From Heteronotia binoei (taxonomy: Eukaryota): a stretch of DNA of 64,000 nt. The notes under the pieces were generated by a model. It was not told where the DNA came from. It made no database searches and was given only the letters and a program-made list of their open reading frames with translations. Each line of letters starts with the position of its first letter. Position 1 is the stretch's first letter. Location: assembly GCF_032191835.1 (NCBI RefSeq), contig NC_083228.1, positions 115,506,001 through 115,570,000 of the forward strand, read 5' to 3'. Below are positions 24,156-37,477 of the stretch, piece by piece. The translations under genes were made by a program, and so were the position numbers.

Positions 24156-25025
24156 ATCTTCTTATAATACTGTACTTTGTAATCTTAACGTTGGTTTATC
24201 CCTCCTCTTCTTTCTTTTTTCTTTTTATTTATTTTAAGCTATATGGTTTTTGTTGGTTACGATGTATTGTTTACTGCCAAATGTTTTCCTCGCCTTTTTT
24301 AAGTTGCATTTGATTGGTCAAATTCATCAAGTTACGTGTATTCTTTGTATTACCTTATGTTAAGGTTGTATAAAAATTTTTTCTAATATATCTAGCAGGA
24401 AAATGCATTTAGATGTAACAAAATTACACAGATAATGTATCAAGACATAGACTAAACAACTGCATTAGATTTCTTTGCAGTATGATGCAGGTTTAAAAAA
24501 CCCCTCTTAAAACCTGCAAAATAATATTACAACGACAATAAATACCTCACAAACAATTGTCTAATAGGCTCAGTTACCCCCCAGGAAAAGGGCAGAAAGA
24601 TATCATTTATGCAGAGGAAACATTTGATAAAATTACTATAACAAAAAAAAATTAAAAATCACATCTGTCATATTTAATAGCAGACAATAATGCAAGTAAA
24701 TTGATTGTGTGGCTTATAATGTTACTTTTAATGCTTTATATATAAGCTTCTTTCACTCTTTGGAGCACTGAGAAAGGACTCCTCTCACACAGAGCAAGCA
24801 AGGCGTCTTGCTTCGTAACTGCGGGGGTGGGGGAATATTAGAAGGCCTCAGTCCTTCCTGATTTCTATTTCTGTATAAGAGTATTGCAGCATGACCAACA
24901 GTGTCAAAGCAAGCATGCAAACCCACAGGAAATCACCCACAAGGTATGTATGAATAGTCACAGACTACAAACTCTCTGGTCTTTTAAAAAAGAACTTCGA
25001 ATCTTTTAAACAGGGACCAAATTTA

Positions 25026-25035
<10 letters not shown>

Positions 25036-25094
<59 letters not shown>
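25036..25094. repeat. (TA)n microsatellite
   Basis: Directly visible. Confidence 0.98.
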
Positions 25095-25098
<4 letters not shown>

Positions 25099-25871
25099 TT
25101 GTAGAGTACTGCTAGAAGTGTTTGGCTTTGAACATTACACATGCCTGGCACACATTTTATAAGCAACCACTAAAGCTAATTTTAATACTGATTTTGCTTT
25201 CCCCAAATATGAATGGCACATTAAAAGGAGACTCTACTATTACAAAAGAAGCAATAGGCAAGCTATTTGTTTGATGTTTTTTTTAAAAAGACATATACGT
25301 GATATTAGAACAAAGAAAGTGAGCCAAAAAGTGATGGAAACAAAACACTATATATGTTAGCGGATTTAATTAAATTATGCTTCGTAACTAGTTGCATATG
25401 CTGCAGAAGGGTTAATGATATGTATATCTCCTGATGGCTCTCAAGGGAGCAATTCGCTGATTCAGCTCCATTACATCAGACACAATAAAAATGTCTGTGT
25501 TGACCAGAAAGGCAGGTCTGGTTCTCTTCAAACACTATCACACTGGTTATGTGACTCATTCTCTCTTCTCTCTCAGCACCAGCATAGCTAATCCTTGAGC
25601 AGCTATTTATATTTAAGTCAAGAGGGGGAAAAAACTTGCATGAAGCAGCAAAAACGTATGGAAGCAAATCTCATAAATTATTCCTGACTGCTGCAAAGAA
25701 ATAGATAATATCTGGCTTTAGCTACTGTGAACGTTTCCCCCCCCTTAAAAATTCCTTTAAGCAAAGCCTTTTAAAAGATTATTATTCTGTAAACAGGCCT
25801 GAGTAGATTATATCATGATGCATGTTCACTAGGAATATTGGGAGTTTTTAATAAATAAAACTACAGTTTAA

Positions 25872-25955
25872 AGTTAGAGTCCAGTAGTACCTTTAAGACC
25901 AACGAAGTTTTATTCAATGCATAAACTTTCGTGTGTACACACATACTTCAGAATA
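25872..25955 (-). mobile_element. PLE terminal fragment with degenerate hammerhead
   Basis: Same terminal motif as 5262-5344; the core reads CUGAAGUA. Confidence 0.7.
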
Positions 25956-26469
25956 CTACAGTTTGTTGGTCTCTAAAAAATGAGGGGGGTTAAGTAGTCC
26001 AATACATTTTCTTTTCCCTTTCTTTATTATTCTTATAGTACATGCAAAAGGCAACATTCTTGCACAGTATTCACAAACACAGAGATAAAAATTCTCTCTC
26101 TTTGCTGCTAAACACCCCAAGACACCAAGATTGTAAGTGATGAAGTGCTCTTCAAAACTAATCACCTCATCCTGGAGCCACTCTGAAGGGACACCCAGAT
26201 AAAACAGAGTCCTGCCCCCAAGTGCTCCAGACCAAAGCAATGCCATCCAAAGTGGCTCTGAGTCACGTTGGATGGGTGGTGCACTAGCTTCTCCCACCCC
26301 CCACTTTTTCTGTGCTTGTCTGCTTCTAACTGCCCAGATCTTTTTCTTCTCCATATGGAAGGTGACTCGCAAACAGTTACAGGGAGGCAAGGGGAAGGTC
26401 AGGCAATACAGAGCCAATGAGACTGACAGTTCTGGGCTACCAATTATATACATAGCTGCTGTGTAACAA

Positions 26470-26790
26470 AGCAAGAGTCAAGTTTCACCTTTAAGACCAA
26501 TAAAGTTTTATTCAGAATGTAAATTTTCGTGTGCTAAAAGCACACTTCATCAGACAAAAATATGGAATGGCAAGCAGTCCTAAATATAGAGAAAGTGGGC
26601 TGTGTGTTAGTATGCAGAGTCATGGAAATCTTTTTTAGCAGATTAAAAGATTCACAAGTTGGGGTCTGGTGTTTGTTAGCTTAAGTTAACTGGGCTAAAA
26701 CAAACTAAATGGTGATTCCTTTGATTGCGTTTTGAAACAGTTTGATTACTGGGAGGGAAATGCAAAAACATAAAAACCTAAATACATTTT
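26470..26790 (-). mobile_element. PLE pLTR fragment (second family)
   Basis: Terminal AATAAAACTTTATTGGTCTTAAAGGTG motif with a hammerhead. Confidence 0.7.
26518..26556 (-). ncRNA. Minimal type I hammerhead ribozyme motif
   Basis: UGU-CUGAUGA-A-GUGUGCU(UUU)AGCACAC-GAAA-AUU-U-ACA: canonical CUGAUGA, 7-bp stem II, palindromic AAUU stem III. Confidence 0.7.
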
Positions 26791-29077
26791 AGACTGACTA
26801 AGTGAATACTCTTGTGGAATGACAATCTGCCCTGAGCCTTCAGGAAAGGGCAGAAAAGAACTATAGTACATAAATATTGTTTTAAACGTAGGAATTTTTT
26901 TGTGTGTTCTTTAAATCAGCTGTTCCACAGTTCCTAATTAATATTTCAATGTCTGTTCCTCCCTGTGAATTTCATACAAATTGTCCGCAAAATAATGTGG
27001 TAGGACTAGGAGAATACTTTTAAAATTAGCAAAATTCTATTGTCCCTACAACAAAAGCCTGATGCCTATGGATGAAATTCTGCAGGTGTTGTTCCCTCAT
27101 GGAGGGCTTCCATCCTGCCAAATACCATCTGATTCTGAAAAGAAACTGAAAAGTAGTAGTCAGTTATGATTTGCCCACTGAAATTAATGGGAAACAACTG
27201 AACAGCAAATAAAAATGGAAATGAAGTCACCACTACAATCCACCACAAAATGAACCAAATTGTTGCAATGTACCATCAAAATGAATCAAGTCACCAAATA
27301 AAGCAAAATGAAACCACAGAGGTCTGAAGATTATATGAGACTATCTAACACTGTATGGATTTGCAGCTGAAGATACTTGAATTGACATTAGTCTCCAGAA
27401 GTTAAAAAAAAAAATGACCTGTATTGGACCTTGCGCTATTGCAGCTGAGGAAATAAAAAGATCCCAAAAGACAACTGTGGGCAAATCCAAGTGCTTGTAT
27501 GCAGACATAATAGGATTTTTAACTCCTTTTTTTAAAAAAACAAAACCTTCCATGTTATATGGCAACCTGTTTTTGAAACTCACCCTCGCTTTTAAAATGG
27601 CTTGGCATGTGGCAGGGAGGACAGTTAGAAATTAACAGAACCAGTGTCTCTTGAGAGAATAGTGCTAGCTGGATAGTGCTTTAGAGCCTGGCCAAACATG
27701 GGAAAAATGTTAATGCCGTAAAGGAAAACAATGGCAAGGCTGTACAGAAACCATTTATATGCTGTAATGTCTAAGAACACAAAGTAACTGTCAGGTCCAA
27801 ACCCCCTACAAGAACTTGGTGAAAGAGGATTTTTCCTGATACTGGACACAAATTCTCTTTTTTGTTGCTTTACACAGCATTCTGCTTCAGACTTCTCATA
27901 AACCAATGGAATAAGAGTCTTTTTTTTTTTTTTTAAAGAGATCTTGTAAAGAATTAAACAACATTCCGATGGGGGAAACTAATATGGTAATACTAAGTAT
28001 GCTCACGAGAAAGTAAGTTTAACTGAAGTCAGACATATTTTAAATACCTATGTTTAGAACAGAGGTGCAAAGCTTAAAGTAACATCTACCAGGGTACGTT
28101 CCACAAGTGATCTTGTATTTCATTGATGGCTGAATGATCAGTTATGGGTTCCAGAATGTCTTCTAAGTATCTGAGCCAGTCTCAGGGAACAGAAAGCAAC
28201 ATAGCACTTCAACACTGGAAAGAAAGCTCTCTCTCCAAATGTCACAGCTGCACAGCAGAAGCCAATATAACAACAGTTGCTGGAGGAAAGACTAGAATAT
28301 CCGCATACACGCACACAAAAACAGGTTTGGGGCCAGTATTCCACATTTGGTGTAACAGGTTGCTGCTAATAAAGAACACAGTTAAAATTCAAAATATCTA
28401 CAGTATATTGTCCTTGTGGAGGTGAAGCCTCATCACTAATAGTACATGCTAAGGAAGTAGGGATAGGAGACAGGAACAAGTGGGATGACAGTGGGACATG
28501 TGTGAGTGACAGGGAGATGTGTGAGAGAGGGGGGAGAGTTGTGCTCATAATAGAGGTGTGAGACAAAGATGGGGGGGAGTCTGCTGGGAATAGGAGACAA
28601 GCAACAAATCATTCAAGCACTGCAAGGGGGAGAAGAATGGAAGAGAAAGCAATACATAGGCAGGTGAAATAATTGGTGAGAAGATAGTGAGAGAGGCTGA
28701 TAGGGACAAAAGTCTTATTTGTGCTATACATTATAAGGTGACAACATATATCTGCACAATAGTCATTTCATGCAATGGTATGCTGATAGAATTGAGAAGC
28801 AGTGGCATTCTTATGAAATTATCATTCTGCAGCTTCTTGTGCCATTACCCCTGACTTTCCACTCATTAACAATAAAGTATGCTTAAAGTATGTTCAAATA
28901 AAACATACAGCGACAGGTGTGTCAATGTAACAAAAACTGGGCTTTGAGTTTCATTAACAATATACTGAACACTGACATCTATCTACTTTAATGGTTCACC
29001 TGTAAACTGTACTTTTAGAATACGCATTGTCTGGGCATGAAAGTACTATTTGTTTTCCAGAAACTATACTTTCTTTA

Positions 29078-29276
29078 GCCCTGACCTGGATGGCCCAGGC
29101 AAGGCTAATCTTGTCAGATCTCAGAAGTCAAGCAGGGTCTGCCCTGGTTAGTATTTGGATGGGAGACCACCGAAGAACACCAAGGTCTCTATGCATCTGC
29201 AGACAAGGGCAAACCTCTGAACGTCTCTTGCCTTGAAAATCCGACAGGGTTGCCAGCTGTGACTTGATGACACATT
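29078..29276 (+). mobile_element. 5S rRNA-derived SINE with RTE/BovB-type tail (5S-Sauria-like)
   Basis: GATCTCAGAAGTCAAGCAGGGTC..CCTGGTTAGTATTTGGATGGGAGACC head, then GGCAAACCTCTGAACGTCTCTTGCCTTGAAAA tail. Confidence 0.75.
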
Positions 29277-30480
29277 ATATGCATGCATGTACTGTCTTTT
29301 CTGAAATGTTTAGGATTTAAATGCTCTAAAGCAAAACACTTCTGCCAAGATGCTTCTGTCAATCTGAATAAGAAATAGCCATTTGCCCTTTTCTGATCAC
29401 AAATAAAAACGTTAAAAGTTTAAAATTATAAAACTACATATGCCAGCCTTTTTGAATTAAAGATAACATTTAGAAGTAAAACAAATTAAAGATGAGCAAT
29501 CCTGAAGTTATGGATCAGAAGTGATTTTCTGATAAAAGGAAAGACTGAATGGTAATTTCTGAACAATGCAAGGTACAGAAATGAGGAAGAGCTATATGCC
29601 ACATATTTTTGTTTATGAATAGCTTATATTTTACTTTATTTTTAACTCTGTCCCATTTTGAATTCTTGGGAAAGGAGGTGGCAAGAGTAATAATAATTAC
29701 AAAAATACAGATTAAATTACTCTTAAAAATAAGAGTGAAACAAAAGAAAATGTGTAAATCGCAGAGCTTGTTTCACCGCTCCATTGTCAAGACAAGAGGC
29801 ACATGTATGAAATGGTCTCTCATGTCTGTACCATTCAAAGCCTGGGAGAAGGGTCTCCATATTACTGGTCAAGTTCTAGGACTGAGAAGATGTTGGCAAT
29901 GGCTTGGGTACAGCATCCGGGCAGAAATTCTCTTAAGTCAGTAAACCAAAACTCTTGTCAGCCTCTGAGATGTGGTTTGATTATGTGACAGGCACTATTA
30001 ATCTTGTTCAACTTAGCACACATGTGCACCCCCCAACATGGATTGTCACACCATCAGCACTTCCAACAGAACAGCTGTAAATCTGATCAAAATTTCTGGA
30101 GGGTGTTTTATCAATTAATTGAATCTACAGCCTTAGGCAAAAGAGATAACTTCTCATATCATAGAATGTATTTAAAATTGGTACTGAAATTACCCATCAG
30201 AACTACAAATGCATGATTCTAACAACAAATGAATCTTAACAGACAATGGGTTGGAACCTTCTATGAACAGAAAGCTTGCCAAGTGGGGTGTCTGTGATAT
30301 CTCCCTTATGGAAATGTGTGACATGTTGTTCCTGAATATCTCCTGGCCCTCATGAGTAGCTGTTCATGTGGCACAGAACAGTTGAAAGAAAATTCCTACA
30401 GAAATAAACTAGACAAACACTGAAAAGCTAGAAGTACTCTCTTACAATGAAGCTATAGTTTCTGAATTATTTACTTTGTT

Positions 30481-30679
30481 CAGGGCTTTTTTTGTAGAAA
30501 AAGCCCAGCAGGAAATCATTTGCACATTAGGCCACACTCCCTGATGCCAACATTGTGTCACACAGTGCTTTTCTGCAGAAAAAGCCCAGCAGGAACTCAT
30601 TTGCATATTAGGCCACACCCCCTGATGCCAAGCCAGCCAGAACCGTGTTCCTGTGCATCCCTGCTCAAAAAAAGCCCTG
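30481..30679. mobile_element. hAT-like MITE, 48 bp from the exon 8 donor
   Basis: Perfect TIR CAGGGCTTTTTTT/AAAAAAAGCCCTG and an internal tandem duplication. TSD not clear. Confidence 0.75.
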
Positions 30680-30727
30680 TGTTATTCATCTGTTTTGATA
30701 ATTGTCCTTGTCAGAGCTGTTACTTAC

Positions 30728-30865
30728 CCCTGTTTTATCACATAGACGTAATGTATGAAATGACCCCACAGCAAATAACTCCCCATCCAGAGCCCAAGCA
30801 ACAGAAGTGATAGGGTACTCATGTGACTGAGAGCTGTACAACAGCCGACCATAACTGTCCCACAC
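30728..30865 (-). CDS. IFT80: IFT80 exon (probably 8), 138 bp: [46 protein letters not shown]
   Basis: Translation matches IFT80. AG at 30866-30867, GTAAGT donor. Confidence 0.97.
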
Positions 30866-30988
30866 CTAAGAAACAAACATAAATGAAAACAAGTTATCTT
30901 TACAGTTATTGAGAAATCATGTTTCAAAGGCATGCTACATGTTTATGATTCATATTTTAAAGATACAGAGACATGCTGCAGTATTGTC

Positions 30989-31202
30989 AGGATAGCCAAC
31001 TCCAGGCTGAAAAATACCTAGAGATTTTGGAGGCAGAGCCTGGAAAGGGCAGGGTTTGAAGAACTGAAGGACCGCAGCAGGGTAAAATGTGGTAGAGTCC
31101 ACCCATCAAAGCATTTTCTCCAGGAGAACTGATCTCTGTTACCTGGAGATTAGTTCTAATTCCAGGAGATCTCCATGCCCCAATTGGAGGTTGACAACCC
31201 TA
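30989..31202. mobile_element. hAT-like MITE (same family as the 9.6-11 kb cluster)
   Basis: GCCAACTCCAGG ... GGAGGTTGACAACCCTA ends. Confidence 0.7.
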
Positions 31203-32212
31203 ACAATTGTGACTTCCATTCTTGTCCCCAAATCTAGTTATTATACTGGACTGGCAACTGTAGAAGACTCAACTTTGCTTCTTGCTCCATATTTAAAGGC
31301 CTCCATCACTGAAGTGATACCAAAGCAATATGGTACAGAATCATTCCTTCACCCATATTGTGTCACAGGTTACTCTCTTCTGCACCAACTCCTGCCAATC
31401 AGTTCCACTCTCATCAGTTTTAGCGAGGCTGTTGCTTAGCAAGTTAACTTTCTGGAACAATCCTTCCCAGGATGTGTGGAAGGCATTATCACTACCTGTT
31501 TTTGTACAGCATGTAAAAATGTCCTGTTTCACAGAGCCTTTGCTGGGGACTGATAGTGGATATTTGACTGGATAGCTGATAGGGGAGTCTTATGTACTTC
31601 AGGCTGTTTCAACTTTCTGTGTATGATGTTGGAAGCACTGGGTTTGATTTTTATTGGTTTATTGCAATCTTATGTTGCATCTGTAAGCTGTTGCAGTCTG
31701 GGAGGGGAGGTGGTGAATAAATAAATAAATCATCACATCCATAACCAAGGTCAGTGTCATGGAATGAGGAAAAAATGAAGCAAGGCATGCTTTTCTAAAC
31801 TCAGAATTGTCCTGTATCCCCCAAAAGACAATAGTCTGTACACCTTGAGGAGGAGGTGGGCAAGATTCTACCCTATATATAAGCACCTATTTGTGATAGT
31901 TTAGATTCAAGTCATTGTACTTAACTTCATGGCTTTAACATTTACTGTTGTAATGTTTCTATTTAATTAATTGTATGATGAAAGTACCCGTATCTTTGCT
32001 TGTTCAAATCTATTTTTGTCACAGTAAAATTGGGGAAAGAATAAGAATTTAGCCAAAAATAAAGATTGTTCTCATATCCTAAGACACATAAATAAATCTT
32101 ATTCAATGGGTACTGCATAATTAGCTCCTGTTATATAATTGCATGTTTCTGTGATCGTTGGTGACATTTTGTTTATTTGACTGTACTGACATAATTTAAG
32201 ATTTAGTAATTA

Positions 32213-32341
<129 letters not shown>

Positions 32342-33079
32342 CTATCCATTATACGTTTTTATTATTTGCATATTATGAAGAACTACCATTGGACTATAAT
32401 TTGTGTATAAAACTTGCTTAAAAACATTAAATACCAGAGTATTATGTCAGCTAATTCAGTTATTTCAGAAAAATACCAGCATAACTGATAACTCAAGTGA
32501 ACCCTATCTCATCAGATCTCATATGCTAAGGAGGTTCTCTGAATTCCCAGGTTTCGTTTTTTTAAAAAAGTAAGTATCTAGTATTCTTCCTTGCAGAGAT
32601 GTTAAAGGAAAGGGTAGAGGCTAGAGATTTACTTTTTTAAAAAATGAAAGCTGGAATTCAGAGAATCTCCTTGACCCATCATTACTGCAGTAAATCAACA
32701 TATCATTTATGTTTTTTTGTTTATGTTTTGTTTTTTTAAAAAAGTAAATAATGAAACTGCTTGTCTTCAGGGCAGAGGTGAAAGACAGGGAATAGTTTGT
32801 CAATGATAGCAGTCCAATCATGAAAAGTGGGTTGGAGGTGCATGGGAGTGGGTGGGACAAAGCAAGCCTGCAGAAGCATTACACATAAGGGAAAAAGTGA
32901 CTCAAACTCAGTTTCCAGAAAACAATCAGGGTACATGATCTAAAACCCCCCAGGAAAAATGGGGTGGGGGGAGGGGGAACAACCAAAAAGTGAAAACTAA
33001 GGTACAAAAATGTGTGCAGAAATCCAGGGATAAACTGAAGGAGTATGGGGCCAGAACTGACAAAAAATCCCATGTGGAA

Positions 33080-33235
33080 AAGCTCAGGGTCAGCCCTGGT
33101 TAGAACTTGGTTGGGAGATCATCAAGTAAGTCCAGGGCAGCTGTGCAGAGACAGACAATGGCAAACCACCTCTGTTAGAATCTTGCCTTGAAAACCCTAT
33201 GCGGCTGCCCTGAGTGGGCTGTGACTTAACAGCAA
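33080..33235 (+). mobile_element. 5'-truncated 5S-derived SINE
   Basis: Collinear with 29140-29276. Confidence 0.65.
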
Positions 33236-34790
33236 AAAATAAAATAAATCTGACAAGTTGGCACACAAATGATTTTTTTTTAAGTCAAGCCATGTAACTA
33301 CTGATAGGATTTAAATCAGCAAACAATAGGATGGATCCTGTGCAACAACTGCACAAATTCAATAAACCTTCTCAGCTTTCCCCTCCTGCCAGTAGTCCTT
33401 TCTGACCCTGCTGAATTTACTCCTGCATACAGTAATGGACATGTGCTGTAGGGAAATCACTTCTTTCTTTCTCCTGTGTTAGTAGAGCTTCACCCATGGA
33501 AGAGGCAAGAGGGAGCAATTTCTCCTCTCTGTTTTATACCCCTGCCCAAGTCTCAATGAGAAACTGCTGCAAAGCATGCAAGCAAAGGAAAAGCTGGGGA
33601 AAATACAGTGGAATGCACACAGAAAACTCCTACGTGTGGAAGGCAGTTCCACCATGACAGTGCATGCCTACATTTGCAGAATCCTCACCATGTGGAACTA
33701 ATCACAGTTAGTTAACTATCTAGCTAAAGTTAGAAATTCCACAATCTTTGTATACTTTTGTCAGTTCTGAATAATTAAAACTGAATAAATCTTACCATGT
33801 AAAATTAATAGTTGTATCCTGCAACATATATGCATCATTGTTTTCTCAGTTTAATTCCTATTTTCAACGTATCTGTATTCATCTCACTGCCAATTGCTTA
33901 ACCATGATTAAACAATTAGGAGAGTTGTGTAAGACATTTCCTTACGTGAGCATAAATGCCCCAGTTTCTCTTAACCAAGCTTAAACTTCTTAACCAGGGT
34001 TAAAGTTTACATTGATACCACCATTAATCTTAATTTCTAAATTGGTTCTGGATCCCAGGGAAAATTTCCACTGATAACATGGATAGATTTTCACTGACTC
34101 TTCCCTCATACTGTTCCTGATGATCCTCTGTCCCCCAGAGATTATTTGGAGCTACAGCAGAAGGGGAGAGGAAATTCTATGGCTCAGATCCGAAGTCCTC
34201 TTCAACTGTTGAGGAGGCAGTCCTCCATGCCAGACCTCTGGTGTCTGGCACTTCTTGGCCCACTGAAAGACATTGGTCCTGCACAAGAAATGTCTAATGC
34301 CACAGACTGTGCTCTCTAATGCCACAGACTGCCTCTGCAACAGGGTCCCATGCAAGGGCAAGCAAGGCTAAGGATCCCAGCCTACATAAACTGGCACTTT
34401 GCCTCCCATCCAGATCATTAGTCAAAAACAAATGGCAGCACTCCTGCCAAAGGTAAAGCGTTTAGTATGTATCAAAGCCTGCAATTCAGGACTAATGCAT
34501 TTCGAGCTGTCTGATACACAGCAAATTTATGCAATGCTAAACACCATGTAGGGATACCATGGTGAGCCCCAGGAACTGCAACTCATCTTTTGACTACAGA
34601 CATTAGTTCCTCTGAAGCAAATGGATCCTTTGGAGGCTGGAATCTATGGTATTGTATCCCACTGAAGTCTCTCTCCTCCCTAGGCTTTATTCCTAAATCT
34701 GCAGGAGTTTCCCAATGTGTATTTGGCAACCCTTCACCCAACTCCCCTGCCAGTGGTCAAGGGGGAACCTGGCAATCCTGCTCATGTTAC

Positions 34791-34900
34791 CTGAAAAATC
34801 TTAGCATTTGGTTGAAGAGGTTTGATAATCAGTTGCTTTCCTGATGTGTAAAGAATCTTTTCGGAGTCTGGACCCCATGCAACTGAGTATATTGGTGTTC
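34791..34900 (-). CDS. IFT80: IFT80 exon (probably 6), 110 bp: (G)[36 protein letters not shown]
   Basis: Translation matches IFT80. AG at 34901-34902, GT at 34789-34790. Confidence 0.97.
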
Positions 34901-35859
34901 CTGTGGAAAAACAAGAGAAATTGATAGAGGGAGGGGAAAGAAGCTGAGATACCATGGTCAGAAAACTTCAGTTCATAAGTAGAGATAGGTCTATAATATT
35001 ATTAAGAATGACATATTATCTGTAATGTATTTTAAATTCTAAACAAAATGGATGGGAGCAGAAGCAAAGGATAAGCTAAATGGTTGCATATTATTACACA
35101 CAGTATTGCACAGAAAAGTATAAAGTCAGGGATGGTCTACAGACATTAGTCCAGGCATTTCTAATGGCTACAATTCAACTAGAAGTTGGGGTGCTGAGTA
35201 ATCTGTGGTAATGAAACCAATGGTTCCACAGCTGAAGTTTATAAACTCTAGTTACGGTACAAGTACCAAAATTTGCCTCTCCTTCTACAATTCCAATCTT
35301 TAGTGTACTGTATTTTTTTTTGCTTTCTAAAATTCCACAAGGCCTGTTACATAGGACACACAGATTAAGAAGCCAATGTTCCACTCTACCTGAGTCAAAC
35401 TCTTCATTCTGTGGACAGTGTTAATGAAAGTTACATCAGCTAAGACACCACCAACGTTAGAATTTAAAGACTTAATTGGCAGGCTGCTTTAATAATTACA
35501 GAGACTTTTATGTCTAAAACAAATGCTTAATCTTTATGTCATGGTTGGCACAGTGCCTCAGTTTCCAGATTTAAATGACAGGAGTTAACTCCCTGCTAAC
35601 AGAAACTTCGTCTTGAAGGGCTGCCAGAAGAAGCAGATATAGTATCTTGGAGCACAATACTGTGGTGAAACAAGATGGTCCCAAAAGACAGTCAGAAAAA
35701 GGAAAGAGGAGATGGAGATGATCAGGCTATACTGTGCTGAGGAAATGCGCTCTTGGAGGACAGTCAGTTGTTAGCATTACAGATGCTTTAGTCAAAAGAC
35801 AAAACAAAGAAACAGAAGCAGCAGCAAAAGGAACATATCTTTTGCCAGCTGAATGAATT

Positions 35860-36063
35860 CTGGGCTGAGAATGATCTTGTAGAGGTATCTTTGGAAAAAC
35901 AAGACTTAACCATACGAGCTGTCTTTTGGTGGCCTTTAGTAGAATATGATACTCTGGGCTGAGAATTCTCTTCTAGAGGTCCTCTAGCGCTTGACCAACT
36001 CTCTGGAAAAATAGGACTTAACCATATGAGCTGCTTTTGGTGGCCTTTAGTAGAATATGATAT
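35860..36063. repeat. Diverged tandem duplication (units ~93 and ~111 bp)
   Basis: TCTGGGCTGAGAAT...GACTTAACCATA.GAGCTG.CTTTTGGTGGCCTTTAGTAGAATATGATA occurs twice. Confidence 0.9.
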
Positions 36064-36449
36064 TTTAAACTTATGTTTTGTTTAGCATAAAGCTTATAGG
36101 GATAATTTTTCACCAGTGATCCAAAGAGATGAGAGAAGCAATGCATAGGTTCATACATAAGAACCTGCTAAACTACCATCAGGACTTCAGCTGCACCGCA
36201 TCAAAAACACACTGTGTTGCACTACCAAGGTTACAACATGCACCCTCATACAATCATATTAGACCACCTTTTTAAAATTTTGCTGCTAATACAAGGAACA
36301 GAATTAGCCCCATCCTGCAGACGGATCAGAGAGACAACAATGGATTTGAAAAATCAAATGGGAAGCCCAGGGCTGTGTGTGCTACTGTTATTTCTACCTC
36401 CATACTTTTATTTATTAAAAACATTTGTATGTGTTCTCCTACAAGTTTT

Positions 36450-36669
36450 TCAGTCTTGTGATTTTAACATCAAGAACCTGAGAAACCTGTAAGAGAAGAC
36501 TTCAGCCTTCCAGGACATTCAGTGAGTGACCTAAAAGTAACTGTTTTATTGCAAAGGAACTTCAGGAGCAGACTAGAAAGGGAAATTGCTGAGCTGCAAG
36601 TTATTACAACACTTAGAGCAATGGAATCCCCAGGACTTAACAGGGATATTGGTTTCTTAACTCACTACA
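36450..36669 (+). mobile_element. Penelope-like GIY-YIG endonuclease C-terminal remnant
   Basis: KPVREDFSLPGHSVSDLKVTVLLQRNFRSRLEREIAELQVITTLRAMESPGLNRDIGFLTHY. Confidence 0.85.
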
Positions 36670-37477
36670 TACAGTATGTCACAGAAGTGAGTACACCCCC
36701 TCACATTTTGTAAATATTTAAGTATATCTTTTCATGTGACAATACTGAAGAAATGACACTTGGCTACAATGTAAAGTAGTGAGTCTACAGCTTGTATAAT
36801 AGTGTAAATGTGCTGTCCCCTCAAAATTATGCAACACGCAGCCATTAATGTCTAAACTCCTGGCAACAAAAGTGAGTAAACCCCTAAGTGATAATGTCCA
36901 AATGGGGCCCAAGTAGCCATTTTCCCTCCCTGGTATCATGTGACTCATTAGTGGTACAAGGTATCAGGTGTGAAGGGGGAGCAGGTTATCGCTCTCACTC
37001 CCTCATACTGGTCACTGGAAGTTCCACATGGCACCTCATGGCAATGAACTCTCTGAGGATCTGAAAAAACAAATTGTTGCTCTACATAAAGATGGCCTAG
37101 GCCAGTGGTGGCAAACCTATGGCATGGGTGCCAGAGGCGGCACTCGGAGCCGTCTCTGTGGCCACACACATTCCCTCGCACTGCCCCCCCACGCACGAGG
37201 TTCTGGAGTCATATCTCATTGAAGCTTCTCCTCTCCCCAAACTCAGGCTCCTTCCCTCAAATCTCCAGGTATTTCCCAACCCAAACTTGGCAACCCTAAC
37301 TGGGCCTCCTTCAGAGAGACAACAGGGCACTCAAACCTCTTTGAGCTCATGGGCATCTTTGGAATTCTGATGTGGGAGGGTGCAACCACAATGCAGCCCC
37401 CAAGCACAACACAGAGGAAAATTCCTCACAGATGTTCCTGAAGTTTTAGAGGGGGGGTTAGATGGGACCCGCTAGGG

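Larger units (their letters stand above)
18430..24376 (+). mobile_element. Near full-length L1-clade LINE (~5.95 kb), antisense to IFT80
   Basis: CpG-rich 5' end, ORF1, 778-nt spacer, APE-RT-CCHC ORF2 and T-rich 3'UTR. No convincing poly(A) tail or TSD. Confidence 0.95.

Noticed and set aside
18410-24395. L1 TSD candidate AATATAT..GCAGG on both flanks
   Set aside because: Imperfect, AT-rich and not positioned cleanly at the element ends.
29078-29175. 5S rRNA gene (also 59270-59382)
   Set aside because: Diverged, lacks the 5S 3' end and terminator, and is fused to a LINE-type tail, so it is a SINE.
31341-31532. Protein-like 63-aa minus-strand ORF
   Set aside because: No recognisable homology or convincing splice context, and it does not fit the IFT80 frame.
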